DNA from: Octopus sinensis
Lineage: Eukaryota
NCBI RefSeq assembly: GCF_006345805.1
Contig: NC_043007.1
Span: 5,828,001 to 5,892,000 of the forward strand
DNA length: 64,000 nucleotides
Reading direction: 5' to 3'
Shown here piece after piece: positions 41,190 to 55,215 of the stretch (within the stretch, counting starts at the first letter, position 1; each line of letters opens with the position of its first letter). The notes beneath the pieces are model-generated. The model was not told the DNA's origin, did no database searches, and was given only the letters and a program-made list of their open reading frames with translations. The position numbers and the translations under genes are program-made.

Positions 41190-41297
41190 CCAAATGCAAG
41201 TCTGAAAGCAGAATTTTATTTACTGGGCCTGTTTCATCCAGAGGCATACAAGGAAGCTAATATAGTCTACCCGCATTGGATGAGGACACATATCAAT
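41190..41297 (+). CDS. PEBP4-like paralog C, exon 2 (PNASLKAEFYLLGLFHPEAYKEANIVYPHWMRTHIN)
   Basis: ttttattag acceptor and gtaagta donor, 108 nt. DPD replaced by HPE, HW retained. Confidence 0.9.
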
Positions 41298-42002
41298 GTA
41301 AGTATGATAGATATTTTTATGAAACGTATCTTTTTATGCAGATGTGTGCATTCGTGCATGCAACTGTCAATTTTAGCACCAAAATGCATAGATAATTTCA
41401 CAAATTCGAACGCACCACACACATGCACACACGCATACAAGCAAACAGGCATACACATTCCCATTCGTATGTGTGTGTGGGAGGCAGCGTGTATCGAACC
41501 TGCATTATCAGTATCCCCTGTTTATTCACGTTCGTTTAATTTAATTTAATTTAATTTATTTATTTTTTTTTATCTACTTACTTTCTCATTTCTTTTTTGA
41601 TTTGCATTTATCTAATTCAATTTAATTTATTATATTTTGTTTATGTATATAATTATTTGGGCCTTGAGAAACACCGGCGGTTTCCTGAACCCGCATCTGT
41701 TTCTAGTCTATATAAACGACATTTCAGGCGTAATAAAGGACAGCAAAGTGAAAATATTCGCCGACAACTCTAAGCTCCATAAACTTATCAACGGAGAAGA
41801 CCAAACTGAATTCCAGTCTGATCTACATGCTGGAAGTCAATGAGCAGACAAAAACAAAATGCAACTAAACGAGAGATAATCTGAGATTATGCACTTTGGA
41901 AGAATTACTATGCTAAAACAACCATATTATCTTCCTACAGGTGACCCGCTCACAGCGTATGATAATATCAGAGACCTGGGAGTGACTGTTGACAACAACC
42001 TC

Positions 42003-42096
<94 letters not shown>

Positions 42097-42097
<1 letters not shown>

Positions 42098-43088
42098 TGA
42101 GATCTGGGGACTGTGGTGGCCAGATAAGATGTTCAACTTCACTAGAATGTTCATTGTGTCATTCAGTAACAACTTTAGCTGTGTGGATCGATGCATTATC
42201 TTCCTGATAGTTTGCGTTTCCCTCACGAAACTTCTCTGAAACCATAGAATGAATTTGATCAGATAAAATGCTTAAATAGTCTTGAGTATTAATTTTTACT
42301 TGAAGGGAAACCATTAGGCCGGCAGATTTACAAGATATAGCCCCGTCCCAAGTCATCAGAAATCTTCCTCCATGTTTAACTGTTCGAAGATGGCAGTTTG
42401 GGTCAATGATTATTTTGGCTGTCTCCACATGTCTACTCGGTTGGTGGAAATACGGTAAAGGATGATTCGTCGGAGAAAGTAACATTCTTCCACTGTTCTA
42501 GGGATCAATTCTGTAGGCTGTTACTCCACTCTAAACACTTTGCAACATTTGTTTTTGAAAGTAGTGGTTTCTTGGCTGTAGACCTGGCGTGAAATCCGGT
42601 TTTTGTAGAAACAGGGTTCTCGAGGCGGTCATAAAGCTCGGCAGTAATTTTAAGAGCTGTGCTTTTGAAAGCTATTCTGACAATTCACGGAACATTAATA
42701 AAGTCTGAAAGATTTGGTTTTCGCCCGGTGTTTGGTTTCGGCGAGGATGTTCTTTTCCTCTTTCTCAAAGGCTGTCATTATTTACGAGGCAGTACTTCTT
42801 GAGACATCAAACATTTCGGCTGCTTTCGTTATGCTAGCGCCTGCCATGTAGGCACCAACAATTTGACCTCTTTGAAAGTCCGATACATCTGTCATTTTAA
42901 TGAATTTCAATTACCTTTTTCTGATGACATCTCAAAAGAAACAGCAATTTTAGCAAAAAATATTAAGCAACACTAATAATAAATACAAAAAAAACATAAA
43001 TATAAAGAAGTCTTTGACGGTTTTACAGATATTTCAAAATTATGATGCTATGATGCTAGGCGTTTCCACTATTTTGTCCTACACCTGT
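42097..43088 (-). mobile_element. Tc1-like transposon remnant (paralog C intron 2)
   Basis: TVKHGGRFLMTW, YQEDNASIH and WPPQSPDL motifs; same insertion as at 24763 and 62548. Confidence 0.85.
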
Positions 43089-43243
43089 ATATGTACAAGC
43101 CTAGATAAGTAACTAAAAGCATGAGAATACATGGATAAAAGGTACGAATCTACTAATACATACATAGAAACATACATGCATGCATACATACATATAATAC
43201 ATAAGTATATTTCATAATATATATATATATATTATAATTTCAG

Positions 43244-43292
43244 CGCACAACCCTGCTAAAAGGCATAATACCAGCATCACGCGACGCAATAC
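43244..43292 (+). CDS. PEBP4-like paralog C, exon 3 (RTTLLKGIIPASRDAI+C)
   Basis: aatttcag acceptor and gtaagta donor, 49 nt, phase 0/1. Confidence 0.87.
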
Positions 43293-45412
43293 GTAAGTAC
43301 TATTTTCACTACGTTATTTACATTATTTACATTCGATGGATATTTGCCCTCATTTTGTTTGTTGTTAAAATATGACGTTTCTGCTGATATACCCTCAGCC
43401 TTCATCAGGTGTCTTGGGGGAATTTCGAACGTGGGTTCTCTATTATTATTATTATCATTATTATTATTACTATTATCATCATCATTATTATTATTAGTAG
43501 TAGTAGTGCTAGTAGTATTAACATCCGTTTTCGCCGTACTCCGGGCTTCCTCGGAAGCGGGGTGGTTCGTATCCTGGTTTATGCTGGTTACACTGTTAGT
43601 CGTACGGGTGTGCTACATGTGCTGTCCCGTTCGGTGTTAGTGTTGCCGCTGCATTGACTTTATGCTATGATTATACATATTTAGGTTGTAAGAATTAAGT
43701 TTTCGCTGATTCGATGAAGTAACAACAGATTCTATTTTGGGCGGAGAGGAGGAGGATTCTTTCTGAGTAGATTTATTGACGATTGAATGCTAAATATTAA
43801 CTAAACAACAAATATTCTATACACACACACACACACACACACATATTTTTGTACGTATGTGCATGTGTGTGTAGGAGGAGGAGAAGAAGAGAGTAGAAGA
43901 AAAAGAAGGTGGGGGAGGAGGGAGAAGAAGAGGGGGATAGGAGAAAGGATGAAAAGGGAAAAGAACGAGAAAGCGAGAACGAATACTTGGAAGGGAAAGA
44001 CGTGTAATGTGGGGAATAAGGAGAGCGATCCTACAATCGCCAGGATCAAATTACAACGGACAAGTGAAAAGGAAATGCTGGCGTAGATCCTTAAATATCT
44101 GGTGATATAATAACGAAAGATAGCGAACTTGTGGTTGAGTGGCGCAGGCCCGGTCGTCATCCGGAGACTACTTGTACACAAAGCCAGAAGCAGAGAAGGT
44201 GATGGGATGAGGAGGCAAACCGAACGGTGATTGAATGCCGAATCAGGCGTGAACCCAGTAGAAGGGGATTCCGAACGCGAATGAAAGCGAAAGTGAATGA
44301 AATAGGACTCTTCGAAATAAGTGAGCAGGCAAGTGCAATAGGAGCCAAAGAGTGGTTAACAGACATGGAAATTGAAGAGATGAAAAGGAAATGAGAAAAT
44401 AGAAATAATACTTCACCAACAGATGACGTGCCTAGTGAGCAAAGAGAAATGAATGGATGGCGGTAGTGAAGGCGTAGAGCAAAGGGATCACATTCGGGTT
44501 TACTTTGCACTATGTTAGTCCGACTGCTTCGGGTTGTACTGGAGATCATCAGGAAGTGGGTGCTTCCTGAAGGGTTTACTGCCGACACCTAGGATATTGT
44601 CCCCTTCGTTCTTTCAGCACTAGGTTTATGCATGCATTTTTGCTGCTGTTGTTTAACAGGGGCACTCTGAGGGGAAATGATTAAGTGAGTGAGAGAGTAA
44701 AAGAGGTAGAGAGAGGAAGAGAGAGAGAGAGGTAGAGAGAGGAGGTGAGAGAGAGAGAGAGAGAGACAGTCTACGGCCATTCGAACGCCATCTGCACTGA
44801 TCTCAAGCCTCGACCACGTTTGTCTCTATCACTGTTTCTGTGTAAGTTTCCTGTTGATGTCACGACTGGCTTTAATGTCTCTGCAAAGGATTTTCTTTAC
44901 AGACCAGTCAACTATCCCCAATGCTGGTGTATCATTACTCATACTGCAAATCTCCTCATCGGATACTCTTATCCGCCTACTTTATTTTTTCTAAGTCAGA
45001 CGTAATATTCTCCAGCCATTTTGTCTTTATCCATAACACCTTTGTTTAGGTTTCCATCAATGCCTAAATTTTTTAAGCATTGATAGAGAGAAACTGTCGA
45101 TGAACAGGTTTTGAGTCTGGGAGACTGAATTTCCACGTTCAAAAATCAAATATGAACATTCCTTTCGACCAAAATTCATTTATTTCTGTTTCTCAGTGAA
45201 AATGATAACTTCAACTGTTTTTATGACAACGTAAATATTTTAGCATAAACCTTCAGCCCATATACATTATGGGTTACGGTGGTAAGTCTTGTAGTTACAG
45301 ACCTCGGATGTGGCCATTCGATTTTTGTAGCAGAAATGATAAGATATGCATATGTTTATATAAGTTCAATTTCTGCCACTAATCATTTTTCTTTTCTTTT
45401 TCCCTTCAACAG

Positions 45413-45705
45413 CTTTCAAACCCCCTTCTCCGGTGGGTGGACTCAATCATTTTCAGTTCTTGATGTATCCACATACACGCAATGCTATAGCGTCCGTCCC
45501 TAAGCTGGCATCAACTCGACGAATGGATATGGCTATCTTTGAAAGAGAGAACAACATAAAGCACATAATGAGCTTTCAATACACCATTTCTCTACCAGGA
45601 TCACCTACTGCAGAAGAAGCATCAACAGCTTCTGATCTGATCAACCAGAGAATTAGTCCTTTATCTATTTTAATTTTAACATATTTTGCCCAGTTACTAT
45701 ACTAA
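45413..45705 (+). CDS. PEBP4-like paralog C, last exon ((P)FKPPSPVGGLNHFQFLMYPH...AEEASTASDLINQRISPLSILILTYFAQLLY*) with GPI-anchor-like signal
   Basis: caacag acceptor, 293 nt, open frame. Ends in small residues (ASTAS), a polar spacer and a terminal hydrophobic stretch with no cytoplasmic tail. Confidence 0.9.
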
Positions 45706-45720
45706 TTAATCTACAGAAGA

Positions 45721-45769
<49 letters not shown>

Positions 45770-45925
45770 TAGATCCTGCAATGCGCCATAAACTTAAGCC
45801 CTTTATAGACGAGTAACCTAAGGTAGTCCCATAAACCGGCCTTCCCCACTTTTAATATGTACTCCTCTAAATCTTGGAGTGTTCTTCTACTTTCGGATTA
45901 ATATTTTTAACAAACGATAAATATA

Positions 45926-45965
<40 letters not shown>

Positions 45966-47038
45966 TTATATATATGAACAATAAAACAATAAATAAACAA
46001 TAAAGTGTTATATCTTCTTTTCAATGTTCCTATTTTCATTCCTTTTTTTCTTTTCACCCGAACAAGTAAAGTGTGTGTAGGCAATGTGTTCTGTTGTTAT
46101 CAAGTAAAGTGTGTGTAGGCAATGTGTTCTGTTGTTATATATTCTTATATTGCACTCTCTCCTAGTCCTTCTTTCTCTATACTGAGTCCTGCGCTCCTTT
46201 ACGTATTTCTCTGCATTTTTTCCTTCATACATTTTCATTTACAAATCCTTTTATTCCAGAGATAATTTATTAACTGTCAGAACAACGAAGGGGTCTGATG
46301 TCAGAACTGTAACGGGGTGTTGGCAGAATCGTTAGCTGCCCCCGGATAAATATCATTTAGCAGCATATTCTCTGTTGTACGTTCTGAGTTCAAACACCAC
46401 CGAGGACGAGTTTTCCTTTAATCCTTTCAGTGGGGAGGAAGAGTAACTTCTAGTTGAGCACTGGAACTGATGTGATCGACTACACCGCTTCCCCATAATT
46501 TCGGGTCTTCTGCCTTATAGTAAAATGCATTATTATTATTGCATGCTGGCAGAATCGTGAGCGCACCGAAGAAAATGATCGTCGGCATTTCGTCCGTCTG
46601 TTCCTTCTGGGTGTCCACAGAGGTTGACTTTGCCTTTCATCTTCTTAGTGTATTATTTATGTGTGTTTGTCTATATGTCTTTATGTAGATATGTATGTAA
46701 GCACTTATATATGTAAAGGTACACATGCACACACCTTTACGTAAGCAAATTTAAAACAGTAATGCGTCATAATCAAACATAAATACAACCGCGCGCACAC
46801 CTAGACACATGCTCACTTATAGAAGCACACGTATAAAGAACGGATGTGTTAGAAACAAGGAGAGAAAGATCACGTCAAACAGAAGTCTAGTGTTGACAAT
46901 TTTGAAGATAAATCAAAGTATATTTATTAAAATAAATACGGAAATATTTGCATCTAAACTGCAAATAATCTTTTCGTCAATATCTCCAAAGACAACGATT
47001 ATAACATCTTCAGTGCTGTAACTCCACTGACAGAAATA

Positions 47039-47233
47039 ATGTTCTTCTGGAATGTTTTCCGAGGGAAGATCCTACTGCTTTCTTGCATGGTCTTTCACAG
47101 TTTGGCATACTATGCGAATGAGAACTTATGCGCCAGACCACAGCTGGTTATTCTTCCTAAGGAAATATACAAAAAATGTGATATCGTTCTTAAGAAAGAA
47201 GATGTAAAGAAACCGCCAACAGTGAAATTTCCG
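47039..47233 (+). CDS. PEBP4-like paralog D, coding exon 1 (MFFWNVFRGKILLLSCMVFHSLAYYANENLCARPQLVILPKEIYKKCDIVLKKEDVKKPPTVKFP)
   Basis: ATG to CCG|gtaggt, 195 nt. PTVKFP resembles PEBP4 PIVKFP. Confidence 0.9.
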
Positions 47234-49443
47234 GTAGGTTATCTATGAATAATACTAAAATTTTGTCTGATTTAAGCCATCAATTTGTGAAAAGTCGATG
47301 AGTTGATACCATTGATTGCTTCTTCATTTTATCGATCTGGAAAGGCTGAAACGCAAAGTTGACCTTGTGTGGGGGATTTGAATGTAAATGTTTGGAAAGC
47401 ATGTTTCCCGATGCTTTAACAATTCTGCTAGTTCCCCGCCAGCAGTTTTAAGATGAGGTGATAAGTAGGTGCCACAAATTCCACTACTTGACAGTTGCTA
47501 TCATTTATTTCGACATCCAAGGGAATGAAAGGCCAAGTTAACCCTGGCGGGGTTTCTATTCAAAATCTGAAGAGCCGAAAAAGATTGCACGAAACATATT
47601 TTTACCGATGCTCTAAAAATTCTGTCAACGTATAAAAATTTCTGCCATTGGTGACAAGGGCCCAAAATGTTGACAATGAAAATACGATTAACAAAAACAG
47701 TAGGAGATTTATTTCGGGTAAAAAGAGGAGAAATCTGCAAAATGTCAACACGATAAGGTGGCAAGTAAGAAGTAATTCCTCTTGATTAACTCGGAGTATC
47801 TTCCACGAAACTCTGGGTGACGCGCATCAAATGTTAAGTGCGCACTCGTAGTTTGTTGTCTTTTGTTTAGAGTCGCCAAGTCAAAATGGGTTCATTTCGC
47901 CTCATCAGACTCGCTGAGTTTATATTTTGTAAAGACAATGGAGGAGAGTGATTTCCTCCTCCCTTCAACTGTGTACTTTAAGCATTTGATGTGGGCATTG
48001 TTCGAGAACATCCTTAACCAAATCCTTTTAACCGCGTCCAACACAACTTTCTTTACCATAGCCACTTAGTAGAAGTAGGTTAGTCGCCTTTTCTTGTCAA
48101 TAGAAAGCAGTGGGCCGATCTTACCTTATAGACTGGGATGACGGCCGAATCTGTTTTACATGTGATGGCATACATTCGATAGAAACTCAAAAAATCAGGA
48201 AAAACAGGAATACAGAATGAATAAGTGCTTGATGTTTCTAGGACACGCCCGACATTGCCAAGACTCCAGAATCGGTAGAGCTTGTCCGGAGCAGACGGTG
48301 CTTCTTAACCCCTGTTGTACCGAAAGAGACCAAGGTTCATTTGGTCGCTTTGAGAAGCAGAAAAGTATCGAAAGTGTATACGCTAAAATCTGGTCTCGTA
48401 TTTCCTGAAATATGACCTTGTAGTCAGGTGGTTCTGCATAACCACGTGATGCAGACATTAACTATTTCCGCAAGTGTAGTGTTTTCACTTCCTGCTCTGG
48501 GTCACCAGCTGTATTTCGTCAAACTTTTCTACACTGAAACAGCTTGAGGTGCAACCAGCACCTGGAATTCAGTTGCCATCATCGTACGATTTTGTTGAGA
48601 AATGGACTTCAGTTCTACTTCAGTCATAGAATTAAGCTCTACCTTTAAGGTGTTACGCTGGTCACTAACCTTCATTATTTGTCGTCTTTAATTAAGCGAC
48701 ATCATTGCAAAATGCCGAGACATTTCATGTGGTTATGCCCACTGCTCAAGGTTGCTTCTTTCTGTAAATGAAAAGCCACTGTCCAATGGTGTCTTCCTCT
48801 CGTCCAGGATAGCACGGCTGATCATAATTCTTAAAAACGTTTGTTGATTTGAACTGGAGTGGGATACTGCAACTTCTCATCTTCTTAAGACAGACGAAAT
48901 ACCACCAGGCATTTCGCCCGGTGTGCTAACGTTTCTGCAAGCTGGCCGTGCTAAGCAGTTAAGATATTGTTAGTTATCACAATCACCGTTTGATGTCTTT
49001 GGTTAAGACATTTAGCTTTTATGAAATGATTCAATACGTGTAGCAAACGAATAGGTGTTTCAGGGTAAAAACAAATCTCTGCTTTAACACTGGTGACACT
49101 GTAACATTGGCGAACGCTTTCATAGTTCACAATGATAATTCAGTTCTTTCGGTGTGTGCAAGAAGGGCGGGCGCAAAAGAGTGACTTACTCTGATGTTGC
49201 ACGGCGACCGGCGTTTCACAGGTGTTCCTAAAAACTATTATGGGTTTTAAGACCTCAACATAATCATAACGAGTACAGATAAGTATATCAAGTGACGGGT
49301 ACATTTCCATGCTGGCATGGGTTATTTATTTCCCCACCATTCTCTCTCTCTCAGACCTCTCTCTCTCTTTATCTCTCTATCTCTCTCTATATATTTTTAA
49401 ATATATACATGTGTTGGTGCGTGTGTCAATATATGTATATATG

Positions 49444-49522
<79 letters not shown>

Positions 49523-50472
49523 TTTATATATATATGTATATATATATATACATATATATATGTATATTAAACAGGTGGAGGCGTAATGGCCCAGTGGTTA
49601 GGGCAGTAAGATCGCGGTTTCGATTCCCAGACCGGGCGTTGTGAGTGTTTATTGAGCGAAAACACCTAAAGCACAACGAGGCTCCGGCAGGGGATGGTGG
49701 CGAACCTCTTTCGCCACAACTTTCTCGCACTCTTTCTTCGAATTACTGTTGGCCTGCTCGCTTCATTTGAAGGCACAGACAATGCGACGCGCATTGTGAC
49801 CAGCGATGTGTAACAACATCTGATAGCCTGGTCGTTCACGGTGATCACGGTGATATTAGACAGAATGGGATAACCAACCCAAGACTGTGAGATGTTTTCA
49901 GAACATTTATTATGAAATAGTCTTACTGCTGTTTCTGGAATATTATGGATATCCCTTCATCAGAAAAAATATCAGAGTTCGAGTTGCTGTAGAAAAATAG
50001 GGAATATGGAGAGAAAAAAGGGAATGAAGATATGATGATCTCTGAAGATGATATGCTAAGGTCTAAACGGCTGATATCAATCATGGAATGCATATTCAAA
50101 TTCAAGTTGCCTACTTCAGAGAACGTTGTCGTCTTTATCATTTAGCCAAGATCACCCTGTATATAATCGTCCGCGCGTGTTTGTGTGGATGTATTTTATA
50201 CGTGAATGTATCACGAAACATTTATACACACACAAATATAAACACAAATATATGCACATTTACTTATGTATGTATAAAAACGATCATGCGTATATCTATA
50301 CATATGTATATCGAGTTTATGAGAGGTATAGGTATCCAGAAGACCCAAAGAGTGTCGGGTTACGCTAAGTAAGTTCTATGGCTAGAGCGTGCTAGAACTC
50401 TTGGTTCGATAATAATACGAGTGAGAAGTCTAACGTGGGTCTTGTATTAGCATGCATATATATATAAATATA

Positions 50473-50567
<95 letters not shown>

Positions 50568-51736
50568 TAGACAGAAGGAGATAACAAATTCAAGGCTATG
50601 AGGAGTTTTCAGGACATTTATAATGAAAAAGTCTTACAGCTGCTTCTGGGATATTATGGGTATCCCTTCATCAGAAAAAGTTCGAATTACTGTGGAAAAG
50701 ATAGAGAATATAAAAGGAAATGAGAGAATGAAAGTAGAAATAAGATATATATAAGGATATTGTAGTTGCAGTTGTTGCTTGTTTGTTAGTTTGTTGAGCA
50801 CAGCGGTCTTCGTCCCTTTAGTGGAAGAAGTCCGAAACGTGGTGCTTAGCTATTCGCAAGACCCGCAGAAGGGAAAGCAGTTCAAATCCCGACACCGAGA
50901 GCATCGACGGATGGATGAATGCGCATCCAGGCTCAGCGGTTGCATAGGAAGTCGGGGACAAGAAACAGGAAGAAAGAATGAAAGTTGGGGCGAAAGAGTA
51001 AAACAGGGTTCGGCACCACACCCAGCCGGACCTTCAAGGAGCTTTAGGTGCTCTCGCTCAATAAACACAGACAACGCCCGGTCTGGGAATCGAAACCGTG
51101 ATCCTCTGACCGCGAGTCCGCTGCCCTAACCATTGGGCCATTGCAATTCCACTTGTAGTTGCAGTTCCATTATCCGAGGAAAATGGTGTGTAGAGGTGGT
51201 AAAAAAGTTTCCTGTATATGATGTGTAAGTTCCAGTAGCAGTTCATGTTTAGTCATTTCAAAGCATGGAACCGTGGAATCAGTGTTGCTCGGTCGAAAGG
51301 GTTTTGTGGTGAGAATGAAAATATAAGAATGTGTTGGAAGTATTTATGGATAGATGGCGGGAAGAGAGATGTGTATGATTGGAAAGAGGAGATGGGTGAA
51401 ATCTAAAACAGGAAGAGAAAATGAGAGGAAGAGAGAAAAAATTATAAAGGGAGGGAGACAAAAGATTAAAGAAAGCGAGAAGGAAGTGAGAGAGGGAGTG
51501 TTAGTGGTCAAGATAATGTGATGGGAGCATGGAAGAGGTGTGAGGAGGGAGAGGAAGAGATGAGAAGGTAAGGAGCAAAGGAATGTGAGATACATGAGTA
51601 GGGGTGATATGGCAGAGCTGCATGAAGGGATGGGTAGAGAAAGGGTGAGGATGGGGTGATACCGAAATGGGTAGCAGTTATGGTAGCAAAATCTGATGTG
51701 GAGGCAAGAATACAAGGATGTCAAATTACTATAAAC

Positions 51737-51954
51737 CAGTGCTTTTCAAACTTTTTGCTGGAGCGGAACCCCAGGAATCATTCCACTGGGTCGCGGAACC
51801 CCTGTGCAATAATTTAATACTCTTATGCACACATATCTGCACAGGAGAATTAAAAATTACTGCCGATTTTAGCAGTTTTGTAACTTCTTGCGGAATCCCT
51901 GGACTGTACTGGCGGAACCCTAAGGATTCGCGGAACCCAGGTTGAAAACCACTG
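51737..51954. mobile_element. hAT-type MITE, 218 bp
   Basis: TIRs cagtgcttttcaa / ttgaaaaccactg, perfect 8-bp TSD CTATAAAC (51729-51736 and 51955-51962), internal gcggaaccc repeats. Confidence 0.9.
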
Positions 51955-52379
51955 CTATAAACAGACGTGTGTGATAGGTTCGTGATAGGTAGGGTTTGGG
52001 AGGAAAGAATTTATATTTGTGAATATACACATACACATGTATATAGACTATTACATACACCTATACATACACGCGCATATATACAGATGCAAGCTCACGC
52101 GCATCCATAAATGTACTCGTACTCGCATATGCGTGTGCATACACGTATATATACATGCACACGCGCATAAATGCGTGCAATTGCACACATATTTACAGTC
52201 ACACGCATGAGCGCAAACAGGTACATATACACACTCATTCATATATATTTGTATATATAAATGCACGCACAAATCCATACATGCGCATACACGAACATGG
52301 GTACACAGACACACACACACAGTCAGGAAAGTGAACAATGTATGAATCATGACATACATGTGCGCATGCGTATGCAGGA

Positions 52380-55215
52380 GAAATCAGGTGTTGTGTTGCT
52401 ACCTTCAGGCAGCATAGAGGTATTAAAGAATGCAATGTCTCTGCAACTAACAACTCATGCAGGTAGTTTGTTCCATGTTTCAGCAAATCTGAGTGTGAAA
52501 AAATGTTTCCGAAAGTAATGGGAGTTATGCCCTTTTCTGACTTTGTAGGTATGCCCACGTGTGTTGACACATGGAGCTCAAAAACCTGCTCATTGTGATT
52601 CCTGGCACGATGGTTGATAATTTTGTGGGAGCTTACCAAGTCAGTTGCCAGACGTCGGAGCTTCAAGGTATCTAGGCCCAAGGAAGCAAGGCGTTCAGAA
52701 TATGGCAGATGCGTGATGGAGGGTATTCGCTTGGTTGTACGCCTCTGAACAATTCCAGGAGGTCAACATCCTGAGCAAGACAGTGGTTCCAGACTGGTAA
52801 TGCAAGTTCCGAGTGTGGCCGCCCTATAGCCATATATAGCTGGGGAGCGGCTGACAAATGTCTTGCTGAGTGATGCCAAGACACCGTCGGTCTTCTTGAC
52901 AATTTTAGAAATGTGCTTTGTCCATCGCAATTCGCTACCGACAGTAATGCCTAGTTCACGCTCACAAAAATACTTGATATTAGTGTTGTGGAGAGAGTAT
53001 GTGCACGCTGAGCTTTTCCTCCCAAATTGTTAGTGCGGTACACTTGCCCACAGCCAGCTTCAGCTGCCAGTCCGTGGTCCATGGTTGCATTGTTTCCAGG
53101 TCCGATTGCATGAAAGATCTATAGTGTTCAAGATCTGTCCTTTTTATCTCAAGGTACAGCTTGATGTAATCTGCATATTTCAGCACTGCGGCATTCTTTT
53201 TGTTGGCATCTATGTCATTAATGTATGCAAAAAACAAAAAGGCACCAAGAACAGATTCCTTTTGTATGCCAAATACCTCAGGGTGAACAACGCTGTACTA
53301 GAAGCGGGACTACCACTTTTCGGCTGAGATTGAAGGACTCCAGCCTGTTAAAAAGATCATCGTTCACGACCGGATAAGGTTGTGAGAAATGCAGAAGTGC
53401 CAGAGTGTTACAGGATTCCATCTGTCTGGCAATGCAGCTAGCAAGACTGATTGGACGATAGTTGATGAGTGACATACGGTCACGCATTTTGAATAGAGGA
53501 ATAACACTGGCAGTTTTCCACTGCTCCGGAGTAGCACCTTTGTTAAGATAGAAATGAAAGGAGATTGAAATCTGGTGAAGAAGAAAGTACCCACTACGGT
53601 ATATAACACCATCAAGCCCAGGAGGGACATAAGTTGCGCTTATTCCGAAGGAGACGTCGCAGCAATGCAGGTGTAAATTCCATAGTTGTTGTGGATTTTG
53701 TGCCAGACGTGGTGGAAATGGTAAGTTTTGGTTTTCAATCGTACAAATGCCTTCATAGCCTTCAGCAATGAGTTTTGTGCATTCTTTGGGATCGTTAGTA
53801 GTCTGGCTTGTTTGTGCATTGTGAAGAGGACCAACAATTGAGTGAGGTCTCTGCTTTGAACGTACATATTTCCAGAACACCTTACTGTCAAGGTTGCCTG
53901 CTCCGCGCTGCTCAAATTCAAGCACTGCCTTTTTGTCACCTCCTTGAGATGATTGGATTATTTATTGCGCTTTTACCTATTTATATCTGATTTATGCAGT
54001 TTGTATTCCCCTTCAGCATTACGTCATTCTTTCCTGGCAAGGCTGACTGCTGAAGTCTTCCAAGTTGCACTTTTGGGATGTTTTTTGTGCTTACATGATA
54101 CTGATGCTGCACATGCTGTCCATATTGAGTTCAAGATGTTCTGAAGTATAGTGCTCACATCTCCAGAGTCGTAAAATTCCAGCCATTTTGGCCTCTGTAG
54201 CTCGATGCATTAAGAGTTCCTGTCTACTTTATTCCAGTCGACGCGAGCATTTTGGAGATGGCTGTGGTTTTTGTTACTGCCCATCAGGGACAGATTGGCA
54301 ATGCTCATAGCATGACCAGAGTCACCTAACGGTTCCTCAGTAGTAATACTAATAGCCATTTCAGGAGTAGCGATAAGGAGTAGACCCAAAGTATTGTCAC
54401 CTCCACTTGGGGAGTTGACTAATTAGACCCAGTTCGAGTACAGCACTAGCTCAATGAAATCATTTGCATTTCGCAGCTAATGAAAGATATCCCAATCAAT
54501 CTCAGGGTGATTTAAGTCACCTGCAATAAAACGTAAGTGGCTGTTTTCCTGGCGGCAGTTCTCATAATATTACAAAGTTGTGTGTCCCGATGGTAACTTG
54601 GTGGAGAGGTAAACAACTCCAAGTAGAAGTGCTGACGTGGTCAAACGTAAAAATACTTCTCGTGATTGGTTCAAATCAATGCAAGGAATTACTGAAAAGT
54701 TTGAACGAGCATAGACCATCACATCGGCACCACAACGATGAATGCGGTCTTTGCGAAATAGGTTGTAGCCAGCAATGCTGAACCCCGCTTCATACAGTTA
54801 GGCATGCGTCCATATTTCTTTGATTGTAATGAAATCGGGGTCGATACCTTTGGCGTAAGAATCAAAAGAGATGTACTTTGTTGCACAAGTTATGAGCATT
54901 TAAGGACAACAGTTTGTACCTTAATTTCAGTTTACTACGATGTGAAGGGAATGGCGGGTCGTTCCGATTTTTTCCGACAGTCTTTTCATTGCCAACTGTT
55001 GTGGTCACAGTGTGTTCACACCATCTCGTATCTCTTCCATATGTTTCACCAGCCTTAATATACAACCCATGGTCGTGTACGCTGAAGCTTTCATGTTGTA
55101 CTAAGGAAGCCACATCACGTAGCTTTGGATGTACATCAGGAGGTAGGCCAGAGCGTATTCTAAAGATAATCCTATTTTCACGCCTAAATTTATCAGAAGC
55201 TAAAAGGTATGAAAA
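52380..55215 (-). mobile_element. Degenerate CR1-like LINE (APE endonuclease + RT) in paralog D intron 1; only its 5' part survives in C (about 39280-39900)
   Basis: AGDLNHP, NTLGLLL, FWKYV, PPGLDG, WKTASVIPLFK, NYRPISL, YINDI...YADYIKL, LKLRRLATDL. Confidence 0.85.
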
